Shown piece after piece: positions 28,101-43,618 of a stretch of DNA of 64,000 nucleotides. Under the pieces are notes generated by a model. The model had not been told where the DNA came from. It worked only from the letters and a program-made list of their open reading frames with translations, and did not search any database. Position 1 is the stretch's first letter, and every line of letters starts with the position of its first letter. The DNA is from Vitrella brassicaformis CCMP3155. Lineage: Eukaryota > Protista > Chromerida. The stretch is taken from the NCBI GenBank assembly GCA_001179505.1, contig CDMY01000366.1, forward strand, positions 1 to 64,000, given 5' to 3'. The position numbers and the translations under genes were made by a program.

Positions 28101-31100
28101 ACGTACTCGTCCATTCTTGACTGGTCTTTTCCGTTTTTCAGTTTAGCCACTGTTCGCAAGGCTCTGAAGCAAGTGACCATGAAGGGTTCAAGCCGCGGAC
28201 TGCGGAATAGCTCTCCCTCGCGAGCTGATTTTCACCTCCACATGACTTCGGAAGCGCACGTCATTCACTACCACGGCAAAAGATGTGTTCAGTGGCACCT
28301 GACACTCCGCGCTCCTATTCGCATCCGAAGCACTCTCCCAATTCCGTGCAGGTTCAAAAGCACGTGTGAGAGACGACTGACCAGTTGCAACACTGTGCCT
28401 TGTGCAGCTACCAGATCAACAGTCACGTGAGTCAAAAGCCTGTGGAGACGTCGTTGTGGTCTTCACGTGACAGTGCTGCCAAATATCGGGAGACGCAGTT
28501 CACGCATTCTGGCAGCCTTGTGACGAACTGCACAGAACACATTCACTCCCTCGAGCTGCAGGATCGGGTCACTCTGCAATTGTGCCTGTTCGGGGCACAG
28601 TTCCGGGGACAGGTCATCATCTATCATCGCAATCCTGCTGGGCGGTTTACTTTCGAGAAGGTGCAGGCTTATCGCTGCTTGGACGTCGATAACCGCGTGA
28701 CCGAGGTGGAGGTCATCAATGAGTCTCCAGATCCAAGTCAGAAAACAGTTTCTAAGGAAACCCGAATAGCCTCACGTCTCGGCTTTTTTTTGTTTCTTTT
28801 TGCTAGACGCGCCGCCGGATATTTTGGTGCACGTTCCTGTCTGGCTTGTGAACTACGCGGACCCCACATTGCTCAGTGATCAGCCACTAGCTTACGACTT
28901 GGGCCTTTTATCGAGACGAAGTCCTTCCCCTCCATCTTCGTTGTCGATAAACGATGTTGATCCGCAGTCCATATGGCTCGATTACGACGTTGATATGGTC
29001 AATTATCTCACCGGTACAGAAAGTGAAAGGATCCGAAGTAATTGCAGAAAAATAATGACGTATTCTTCCGACCTTAGACCAACGAGTGAACGGCGTGGCT
29101 TTCAGGGGCAGGCAGCCTGAGCCTCCAGAACAAGACTCACACGCGCTCGTCCTCCCAATGGACGCCAAGGTTTAATGTCCACCGATTTTTGCTTTCTGGC
29201 GTTCCATTTCTCACTTGTTTGGGTTTTACTCAGATGGAGCGAGTAGCGGTATCCGTCAAGGGGAACGCCGCCCGTTCACCCTACATCAACACGAGAAAGG
29301 TCGGTGCCAAGGCATCATATTCCCTGCCCTGTCGTCAGCTTGTGTCTTCTCGATTTAGCTTGCCAGCGATGGGGCAATTTGCGTGCGAGTTCCAGATGAA
29401 GCGGGGAAGCTGCCCGATGCAAGGTATTTGTTCAGCTTGGGCAGTGGTAGAAAGCAAGGCCTGTCGGCTGTGTCACAGGCTGGACTTCGGGGTCCGCGTC
29501 GTGCAGTGTCCGGTGCCCATGGTTCGGGAAGTCAAGCTGCTGTATCTGTCTTTCCGATACTACCTCGTCAACGACTTGCCGTGTCATTTGGAGATCAAGC
29601 AAGCAAGCACTGACGCGATCGGGTTGTCTCCAGCCGCAGAGAATATTGGGATTGTGGCACCGGGATCTGAGAGGCCCTTCTTCTGGCCGGACTATACCAA
29701 ACCCCTGGAGCTGTCGATCCGCATTCAAGGTATATAAACAATGAATCGTTTTCTTCACTTCCTCGTGATCTCTCACACAGGCTCCGGCTGGAGATGGAGT
29801 GGCACTATCCCAGTCAATCGAATCGGAGAATGGTAACACCCACAAGCCTTCTCGTCCCTGTGAGTGCCTTCACGTGTGTCGTGTCTTGTCGTGTCGGTCC
29901 GTGTGTGTCTGCCCCTCTTTCGATCCCAGGACCTGTCGCCTGCGGCGAGACACAGAGTCGGCTAACGTGCGAATTCTCATTGCAACGTCCCAAGGCTCGT
30001 GCTTCATTCGTTTACGCGAGGAAAGGGCCGACCTTCCTGATGCAATCAAGATCGTGAATAGCACCAGCTTGCCCATTCGAGTTAAACAAGGACCGCCAAG
30101 CAGCCGTTTGCCATCTGATGAAGTTGCGTCTGGGACGGAGATGTTCTTTGGCTGGCACGAGTATCCATCGAAACGCGTCGTGTCAGCCATTCCCGTCCAC
30201 AGCGACGTACGGTCTCTTTCGGAGTACACTTTTCACACCGAAAGAGAAAAGCGACGGAAGCGTGCAGATGAGCTTTGTTTGCTTTCTGTTTGGACACAGT
30301 TTGCCGGACTTAGTCCATCGGAAATCGACCTGACATCAACAGAGACGAAGCAAATCCGTCTTCAGGACCCTGGACGCGGCAAGCCCCTCTTCGCCTACAC
30401 GTACCAAGTGCAGCAGAAAGGAAATCTGAAGTACCTCACATTTTCCACTGCGTAAGGTGTAAAAGGGTCTCCATGTGGTGCTACATCTGACTGATCCCGA
30501 CTTATGTTTTTCCCAACTTGCAGATCGACCAATGCAAGTGACCGCAAGGTGCTGCCCTCTCCGCCGTCAGTTCCTCCACCTGAGCGTGATCGTACCTTCA
30601 GTGATATCGAAAAGCTCGTTACCGACACTCCACCGGTCCTAGAGTTGTCAATTGAGCTTGAAAACGTTGTCCTGTCTCTCATCTGTCGCTATCCGCTAAT
30701 TAATCCGCTGACGGAGGTACTAACCACATTCATCACCATGGGGTCTCCATGTGCTTGCTGCTCCCGTCTCTTTCAGGATCACGAGATGCATAATAACGAA
30801 CTTCTGTTGATTAGTTTTGAGGGAATTCATTTCCTGTATGCGCGATCTCACCCCGTCTCCGGGATGCTTTCTGACTCGGTATCGTGGTTGCCTTACGAGA
30901 TCCGGCCTGCAGGAGTCCGACAGCATCGTCCGCAAGAGATCTGCAGCTTCACTGTCCAAGATCTTCAGATAGATTGTAAGCAATCGTATGGCTGGTGCTT
31001 ACTTACCATTTGCCGCCGTGCCGCCCCTGAGGTGCGTCCTGCTTTGACGCCTTCATCAGGTCAGAGTAGCGATGCCCACTTTCCCGTGATCCTCTACAGG

Positions 31101-33525
31101 TGAGGAAGCTCGTCGCAAAGTCGTGTCTCTCCGTCACATCGTTGATCCTATGATACATTTCAGGTGTCCTCCAAGTCAAGGCTCGGCAGCCGTACTGGGA
31201 CGTGTCCTGCAAGGACAGGTGACAATGACATGCTTGGCAACAAGCTTTGACCGCGCCTTTTCTTTGGAATTTACCTCAGCTCTTAGATAGAACGACCATT
31301 CAGTCTACTCTGGCATCTCGGCCAATACTTCACCTGTCCTACAAACGCCACTTGGGCTTTCCAGAGCTGGCCTATTTTGAAGCCTTTCGTCTCGCCATCA
31401 CAGTCAGAAACCAAGCACATGTTGCGAGAGGTGTACAGCTGGCTTGGACCCTTTTTGTTCCAGGACATACTATGTCGTGTCGACAGCCGCCTCGTGAGCG
31501 ACATCAGTCTGATGCTAGAACAGTACAAGAACGCCTTTGAAGTACGCAGCAGGCACGATTCTGTAAACACTCAATTTCGCATTTTGCTTTATTTTACAGC
31601 AGCGCAACCAGGCAAATGATCGGGAAACGGCCTCTCTTACAGCGCCTGAGCAATCTCCTGTGAAACAATCATCGAGAGTTCAAAGTCGTCCATGGGAGCC
31701 TCCAGCATTGGTTTTCTCGCGAGCAGAAAACGTGTCAAAACTGTATTTCGAGGATTTGAACGTCCGCCCAATATTTCTTCTCGTTTCCTACTCGGAGAGG
31801 TCTTCACTCCCATCCAAGAGTGCTTTCTTTCTGCCTCGCGTTGCCCGATCTGTTTTGACCAGCGTCGATTCCGCTCCCTTTTGGCTCAGCGCGTTTCAGG
31901 CGCAGCATCAGGCACTCGAGGTCTCGGTATTGGTCAACCAAATCAAGGTACGTGAACAAAGGCCTCGCAAGGAATGTATCGTACCTCCGTTGTACACAAA
32001 GTGCCTTCTGTGTGCAGGACCACTATTATTGGCAGCTGACGTTGTGGGGTGCAAGTGCTGGCCTTCTCTCGCTGGAGTTCTTTGGCAATCCAATAGGGCT
32101 TGTTGGCGCCGTTCTGGAATCCGCCTCTGATCTCATTTACAAGCCATTTGAGGTAAATGGTGGCTGTGGTGTTGATCTTTGATCTTTCCTTAGCTAATGG
32201 GCAAATGTGCCGCTCAGAGTGTCGCACGCGAGGGTCTGTTCGCCCTTCCTCAAGGTATTGCAAGTGGCGTTACGTCCGCCTTCTTCGGGACACTCAGCAC
32301 GACCGGAGCCGCGGGCGCCTCCGTCGCTGGCACGTTCTCCCAGGTTCTGCGGCATTTCTCCCATCTAGGTTTTATCATTTTTCTCCTTTTCTTTTTTTCT
32401 TTCCTTCTTTCCTTCTTTCCGTCTTTCCTTCTTTCCTTCTTTTCGTCTTTCCTTCTTTCCGTCTTTCCTTCTTTCCTTTCTCATTCAGACTCTTGGCGCC
32501 ATGTCTTTGGATGACAAGTTCGTGCATTCGCAACGGGAAGACGTGCTTCGGAACCGCCCACGAACTATCATGGACACCTTTGTGGCGGCCGGTAGCACCG
32601 GGCTAAAGGGCATCGCAGAAGGCCTCACCGGTCAGGCCAGTCATCATCAGCTCATCCTGGCGTTTTGGATCTGTGTGATTGGTTTTCCTGTGAAGGTTTT
32701 GTCCGGCAGCCCGCAGAAGGGTTCTCCGAGACTGGCATCGAGGGCTTTGTGACAGGTTGGCAGCACGTCACATTAGCACGGTCTGCAGTATTGTATAAAC
32801 ATGTACGCATCGTATCAGGACTGGTCAAGGGGACCGCAGGATTAGTGTTTAAGCCAACAGCCGCTAGCTTGAACGCTGTACAGAAGCTCTTCATTGGCAT
32901 TCAGGTGAAAGCACGTGCAGGACGTCAACGAAACTATGGCTCCTTGTCACATTTTGCAGGATGTCGCGGCGACCGCTGAGTTGAAGCAACGAGAACGGCG
33001 ACGCTTACCAAGAGTCCTTTATGGCTCTGATCGATTGCTGAAGCCGTACAACGAGAAGCACGCCATCGTCAAGTCACGGCTTGCCTATGTGGAGGCCCAG
33101 TGCTGGAGCTACCTACCATATCAGTGTATCTTGCCTGATGAGCGACGAGACTGCGTTTATCTCATAACCGACTCGCTGCTTCTTCAGGTCACAACCTCCT
33201 CTTGTCTATCACGTGTCTCTTACCACTGGTGTGTTTCCCACAGGTGGATGTGCGGAGTAGCTCTACCCGGTTTAGACTCGTCGAGCTCTACAAGATCGAG
33301 TCGGTTGGCGGCCGCTCTGCCGATCGAAATCGTCGAGCGTCCTTTATGGTCCCGTTCTCACTGTGGGCGCAACCTTCGGACCGGCACGAGAACCCAGTGG
33401 CACAGGCTACAGAGCTGACGGTGCGCTTGAAGGACGGTGGCGTTTGGAATCTGGAATTTTCGAGCATCGAGCTTGCACAGGCTTTCGAGTCTCACTTGAG
33501 CTCGTGTCTCGATATCACGATATAG
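16162..33525 (+). CDS. VPS13: VPS13-family bridge-like lipid transfer protein; many exons
   Basis: Chorein_N start (MDYIERSIVNKLQDYLGGYL..LAGRLDLQNVPVRREAFNNLNLPVDLLFGHIG; IQINNIHIRYED; LAFYWN; WWRYAIGCV). VAB/SHR-BD-like repeats (PFMLRNETG; YYLVNDLPCHLEIKQ; IKIVNSTSLPIRVKQ). C-terminal APT1/ATG2_C/PH-like region (GNPIGLV; GIASGV; GLKGIAEGLTG; GLVKGTAGLVFKP; RRRLPRVLY). Stop TAG at 33525. Confidence 0.9.
32378..32481 (+). repeat. Homopyrimidine (CTTT/CTTC) tandem repeat filling a VPS13 intron (32344-32488)
   Basis: Visible directly: repeated TCTTTCCTTCTTTCC-like units, almost purine-free on the + strand. Confidence 0.9.
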
Positions 33526-34487
33526 CCTTCCTACTTGTGTAGAATCTTGTATAGGCTCGTCGTGATGCGAAACTTTCTCTCGCTCTTGTACAGTCCCGTG
33601 TGACTTGTGAATACATATCTCGGAAGACTGCCTCGTCGTAAAATGTAGTCATACAGATGATGCTCAGCTCAGGGGTGGCCTTCGCGCATCCCTCGCTCTG
33701 ACACCCATGAACCACACAGATTGACTGACCTGCCGTCGGCGATCGAAGGTGCCCTCCGCAGTTCGGTCAATCTCTGGCCTGTCGGTGCTTGGCTCGGCCC
33801 TTCGGGCCTCGCTGTCACAATTGCATCGATCACGAGAAGTCAAAAAACCACGCATCTGGACCTCTCAATCCAATGGCCATTGGGGTCGAATTTGCAGTTG
33901 GCCCGGATGTTTTAGGACCTCGCCAATCACCCGGGGCATTTGTCCATTTGCGGAACACGCGTGTGGATTCGCCTGGACGCATTGTCTGTCGCGGGTGGTA
34001 GCACCGAATTTGACGTGTCCGTTCAACTTGTTGATCGACGTCTTACATTGCACTCACCCAGGCTCCGATCCGTCAGGTCTGACGAAAGGATCTGACGAAA
34101 GAGAGCCAGCACCACCAGGAGGAAAGGTGAATGAGTGGATGCATGCATATCTCTCTCTGTACGGTCATGGTGTTTGTCTCTCTATACTGAATCAGTGGCT
34201 GGGTGGGTGGGTGTGGGTGTGAGGATATGATTGTCGGCTGCAGGGGTGACTTGCGGGTTCGTCGGTGTGGTGCCGACGGCCGTCAGACGAGAGACATTGC
34301 CTGTCGGCCGTTGAACATCCATGTATCGCATTGATTGAGACGGCATGAGTCGGCCGATCGGCCAGAAAACACCAGCATGCACCAAAGAGCAGTCGGCGGG
34401 CATCAGCCTGCATCCGGCGGTCATCAGGGAGCACTCGGGAGGCGTCAGGGGACCGGTTTTCCATCACAGAACCCAGTTTTCTGTACA

Positions 34488-34813
34488 CCCCCCCCCCCCC
34501 CCCCCCCCCCCCCNNNNNNNNNNNNNNNNNNNNNNNNNNNNNNNNNNNNNNNNNNNNNNNNNNNNNNNNNNNNNNNNNNNNNNNNNNNNNNNNNNNNNNN
34601 NNNNNNNNNNNNNNNNNNNNNNNNNNNNNNNNNNNNNNNNNNNNNNNNNNNNNNNNNNNNNNNNNNNNNNNNNNNNNNNNNNNNNNNNNNNNNNNNNNNN
34701 NNNNNNNNNNNNNNNNNNNNNNNNNNNNNNNNNNNNNNNNNNNNNNNNNNNNNNNNNNNNNNNNNNNNNNNNNNNNNNNNNNNNNNNNNNNNNNNNNNNN
34801 NNNNNNNNNNNNN
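34488..34813. other. Poly-C run (34488-34513) followed by assembly gap (300 N, 34514-34813)
   Basis: Visible directly in the sequence. Confidence 1.
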
Positions 34814-35456
34814 CGAGGAAGCCGACAGGAGGCGGCCGGTATGATCGGCCCTCATGGAGTCGGCGGAACAGCCGGCGGCTCGAAGTTGACGGCCACAGGA
34901 TTGAGCACCTGCCGGGTCTGTTCTCGGACCAGCCGAAGGTGCCCGCGTTGTTTTCGGAAGGGGTTGGGCGGGGGGGAAGTCTCTGGCTCTCGTTTTGCCA
35001 AGCGTCGTCCAGAAGGCCAGTGTGCTTGGTCGTGCCACGCCGTGGCCGTGCGTTAATCAACGCGTGTACGGGCCGATGAGTGATGATTCCCAGGAGAAAG
35101 AAGGAGAGGGGGAGGTGGAAGAGTAGGTGAAGGCCAATCTGAAGAGTCAGCTGGCACACATCGGACACGTTGCAGCCGTGTGCGTGTGCGTGTGCTTGGA
35201 GTATAATTCTGCTCGACAATGCTCGCAGGACTTCATTGACAATTCTGTACAGAGTGTTCCAGCAGTGTCCCTGATGCATCCTTGGTCACTTCGTGGCCGT
35301 CGCAGATCAAGTACAGGGCCCACACAATTGTCGGCATTACACCGTCTCAGAATCGACTGTCTACACATCGTCCACAAAGAAACCAGATTCACTCACGACT
35401 CCTTAGTGCAATAGATGCAATCCACCGATCCCTCTCCCTCCATTCCGTGCCGCTCG

Positions 35457-39343
<3,887 letters not shown>

Positions 39344-39582
39344 GGCTGTCCCTACCGTTCGAGGGTGCAATTTCCATAGCATATCAGCCACAGACGATGA
39401 ACGGAAGACGGCCTTTGGGAAGTTGTGGCCTTACACGCTTGGCAGCTGGGTGTTGGGAGATGAAGAGATTTCCTGTTTTGGAAGACACCAGAACCCTCCT
39501 CCCTTCTTTTCCGTTTCACCATGTGCCCTTCCCCCCCCACGATTGGGACTCGGAGGGAGCGACGTGTGTTAGTCCTTCACAG

Positions 39583-42500
39583 GATACCCCATGATAGGTG
39601 CCGCGACTGCTCGAATGAAGAGGAGGAGAAGAGTATTGTGACTCAACACACAGGCCAAGATGGTCAGTCCATTCCCTCCCCTCTCCCTTCCTCCCTCGAC
39701 CAAATCGGAATTCTGTAAGGGCAGCCGTCGAGCCCGGCGCCACACCACACGAGCCGGCCGTTGCGTGCACCGCAGCTGTCACGTGAGTTGTGGTGGTTAC
39801 CATGTATCTTGTGTGCTTGTCGGTCAGGCATTGGGACTGAGGGCCTGGAGTTCGGTGGATTCGACCTGGAGAGTCCGCGCGTGTTGCATCGCGGCTTCCA
39901 GAGCACAGTATGTTTGTGCAAGAGCAAGAAGCGGAAGCCTCGCTCCCGCACCCAGTCAGACTACAGCGACCTCCACAAGCACATGGAAACCCAGCATCAG
40001 CAGCGAGGGGGTGAAGGACAAGGCCAGACGGTCCAAAGCGACGGGGGCTCTAGCATGGCCAGGGACAGTGGCGGCAGGTCGGGGCAGGGTGCCATGGTGG
40101 GTGACGGTGTGCGCCGCGAGCCTGGCCGGACGCTGCCGGGCATATCGGAGAAGGCCAAGTACAGCACCGACATGGAGGAGGAGGAGGGTGATGTGTGTGG
40201 GATGGATATCTGTGCCGTGTGTGGCGGCCGCGACACGGCGCCCAACCCCTCCCGCAGCCGGCGACACAACTACCTGCACAGCAGCCGCCACAGGGGAGCC
40301 GCCTCCAACGAGGACATCTCACCCTCCAGGCAGCACCAATCGCACTCTCGGCAAGCTGCTGCTGGGGTGGCACCAGCAGGCCGCCGGCATAGGCCGCCCA
40401 GTGGCGACCTCGGCAACGGGCTGGACGCTCTCCCGGAAGGCGAGGAGACACCGACATCGACTGCTGATGTCGAGTCGCCTTGCTGTGTCTGCCCCCACTC
40501 CCACGCACACCACCACCCGTCGGCGCCCCCGCCCCTCGATGTGTCGCCCTCCCGGCGTGAAGTTTCCTCTGCGTCTAGCGTGGAGCGTACGGCGCCCCCC
40601 TTTCCCCCTCCCCCCGATCAGCCGCTGCCGCGTTCTCGGTCTCAGTCGCACAGCATGAGTCCGGTGCAGCCGTCGTGCACGGCGGGGGAGGTGGGGAGTG
40701 ACCCCCGGTTCCCGATGGCGGATGACTATGATGAGGAGATGGCGCCTGAGCAGGTGGTCCTGAAGGTGGTGGATAAGCACAAGCTGGGCAGCCGGGAGGA
40801 GCTCATCAGGGCCGAGAGGGAGGTGCAGATGCTCAGAAGGCTACACCACGACAGGATATTGCCGCTACTCAAATCTCTAGAAACCGACGCGGAAATCGTA
40901 AGAAAGAAAGGACGGAGGGAGGCACTGAGGGACACACACACCCACGCACTGAGGGAGGGAGGGAGGTTGGGTGCGTACACCTGCCTGTATGTATAGACAG
41001 AGACTCTCCATGTGTCTGTGTGTGTCTGTGTGGATGCAGTCGATGTTGTTTGAGTATGCGCCGTTGGGTGACCTGCACAAGTTGGCGAGTTATGGCACGC
41101 GTACGGTGCCTGAGCGTGAGGTGCGTAAGCTGTGCCACCAGCTGCTGGAGGCCCTGGTGTACCTCCACCGCCAGCGCATTGTGCACGCCGACCTCAAACC
41201 CGAGAACCTCCTCCTATTCGAGGACGCTGACAGCGATACCCTCCATATCAAACTCTGCGACTTCGGACTCGCACAACAGATACCCGGTATGTGGGGGAGG
41301 ACACACATATACATACACGTACACACACACACACACACACACACGACAGTCACAGGGTGTGGTCAGCTCAGCCCAGAGCCCCATGCGTGTCCACCTTGCT
41401 CGTGTGTCGGTGTGTGTGCATACCATACGCATGTCTCTGTTCTGTTATTGGCTGGTGCCGTGTTGTGTTGTGTTGTTGTGTTTGTGTGTGCTGTGCAGCG
41501 TCTGGATGGATAGCTCATGACGGCATTCGCGGGACGCAGGGCTATCTCGCCCCAGAACTCCTCCTGGTGGGCGGGCGGCACGGCACGGCACGGCACGGCA
41601 CGGCACGGCACACCCATCCATACACAACACAACGATGGATGGATGAATGGATGGATTAATGACAGACAGAATCAAGGAAGGAAGGACTCAGTGCGTGCTG
41701 TGCCATCTCATCTGTTTGTCCGTCTTTGTGTTTGTCTGTCTGTCTGTGTGTCTGCATACACATATATATATATATTCATACATGTAGGGTCAGAGTTACA
41801 ACGAGAAGATCGACATCTGGGCGCTGGGTATCATCGTCTACACCCTCATCGCGGGATACGAACCATTCTACCCATCCAGCGACTGCCTGCACGTATGTAC
41901 ATACAGTACACATGGGATGGATGGATGGATGGATGCCGCACTCACTCACACACACAGACAGACAGCCAGCCAGCCAGCCAGGCAGGCAGGCAGCCAGGCA
42001 GGCAGACACTGCGGATGGGCGGGTAGGGAACGTGTGTGCGTGTGGCATCCATGCATCATCGATCAGAGTGATGTGGAGTTCGATGAGCGATACTGGAGTT
42101 CAGTCTCGGATGAGTGCAAGGTATGTAGGTCCGGCCAGACAGACCTACACATACATACATACATACGTACATCCGTACATACCACACAGACAGCACACAT
42201 ACAGACAAGGTCTCCATCCATGGAGCGCATTGTCTGTCTGTCTGTCTGCTTTTGTCCCCCCGTCCAAAAGGATTTCCTTGGTGGTGCGTTGAGCCGTAAT
42301 GTGTCCCGTCGTTTGTCTGCCGAGGGCGCTATAGCGCATGGTTGGTTTCACTGTGCGGCCATGGACACGCCGAGCGGCCATGCCCTCATGCCCGAGGGGA
42401 GCGGCACGGGCGGCACCCGACCCAGCCAGCCGGCACTCAACCCCAACCTCTGGCTGCCACCACAGGGATGCCACGGACACAGACTCAGGTAGAAAGGGCA

Positions 42501-42799
42501 AGGGAAGCAAGGAAGGACTATCTACGGACACGAAAGGAAGAGCCGTCTACACAGACAGACAGACAGACACTAGTGGGGTGGGGCAGGCAGCCATGCAGGC
42601 AGGCAGGGAGTTCTTCGCTCACTCATTCACGCGCAGGCCCTGCCCTGTCCATCCATTCCATTCATCCATCGACTGGCGAGTCATGTTGGTTGGATTGTTT
42701 GTCGTGTGTGTCCTGGCTGCCTGCAGGTTTGGTTCCTGGGTGGATGACGACACATCCAGTGGGGATAGCCGCGCCAGGAAGGCTGTGAGCTCCAGCTAG
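39583..42799 (+). CDS. CAMK-group-like Ser/Thr protein kinase with a large N-lobe insertion; 5' end not resolved
   Basis: VVLKVVDK, REVQMLRRLHH, LFEYAPLGDL, IVHADLKPENLLL, IKLCDFGLA, GTQGYLAPE, IDIWALGII, GYEPFY, WSSVSDECKDFL, RLSAEGAIAHGWF across spliced exons. Stop TAG at 42799. Confidence 0.85.
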
Positions 42800-43618
42800 C
42801 CAGCCGGGACAGGCCAGGCCGGGCCCGCCACACGTGTATGTACGTCACGTCCACGGATCCCTGCATACATACTGGGAGGGGAGGGGACGCCAGCTGCTTT
42901 GCTTACGAGCAAGCCAAGGCGTCTGTGTGTGTAGCTGAGCTGCATAGCTAGCTCGCCATCACAGACGGCACGGCCAGCCAACAGACAGACCGACAGATGA
43001 GTGAGGCAGTCAGTCAGTCACGCCGATTCATCGATGTATGTATCTATCTATCGCACGCACGTCTGCACCGTCATGCGTTACATCATGTGTGCTTAGCTGC
43101 GAAACGTGCTATTTTTCTCCGGCCGGCACCAAGCTATGAATGAATGAATGAACGATGGATGGATGGATGGATGAAGAGAGCCTGGCGAGGGTGCGTGCGG
43201 CGCGGCTGGGGGGCGGGAGGGGGGAGGGGGTGAATTTGTATGCGTGGCTGGCCGGTCGGCCGGCCGGGGGTGGGTGGTCTGTGGGTGGTTAATTCCGCTC
43301 ACTGCAGTCAGCGCCCCATGTATGTATCTTTCCGACCAACTAACTGTATTCGGCGGTGGCTCGCTCTTCATCTGTGTCTGTCAGGCAGGGGCATGATTGA
43401 TTGATTGATTGATTGATATGGGCCTGCCCTGGCCTGCCTGTCTCGTGTCGGAACTCTCTTGGTTGGTTGTCCATTCATTCATTCACCCACTGGACTTGGC
43501 TCCTGTCTGTCTGTGTATGTATGTACCATGAATGAATGAATGAATGCACCAACGAACGATACGACTGACCGATACGACCTACCTATATTATGACGCCTGT
43601 CAGCCAATCACTCAATGC

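Noticed and set aside
33900-34000. CCCH-zinc-finger-like peptide GICPFAEHACGFAWTH
   Set aside because: Spacing does not fit C-x7/8-C-x5-C-x3-H and no convincing gene model contains it.
43093-43600. Possible extra NOL10 3' exons (MKSEPPPN.. / DEERATAEY..)
   Set aside because: The NOL10 frame already stops at 43619 after the NUC153 motif. The only usable donor gives an immediate stop, so this is at most spliced UTR.
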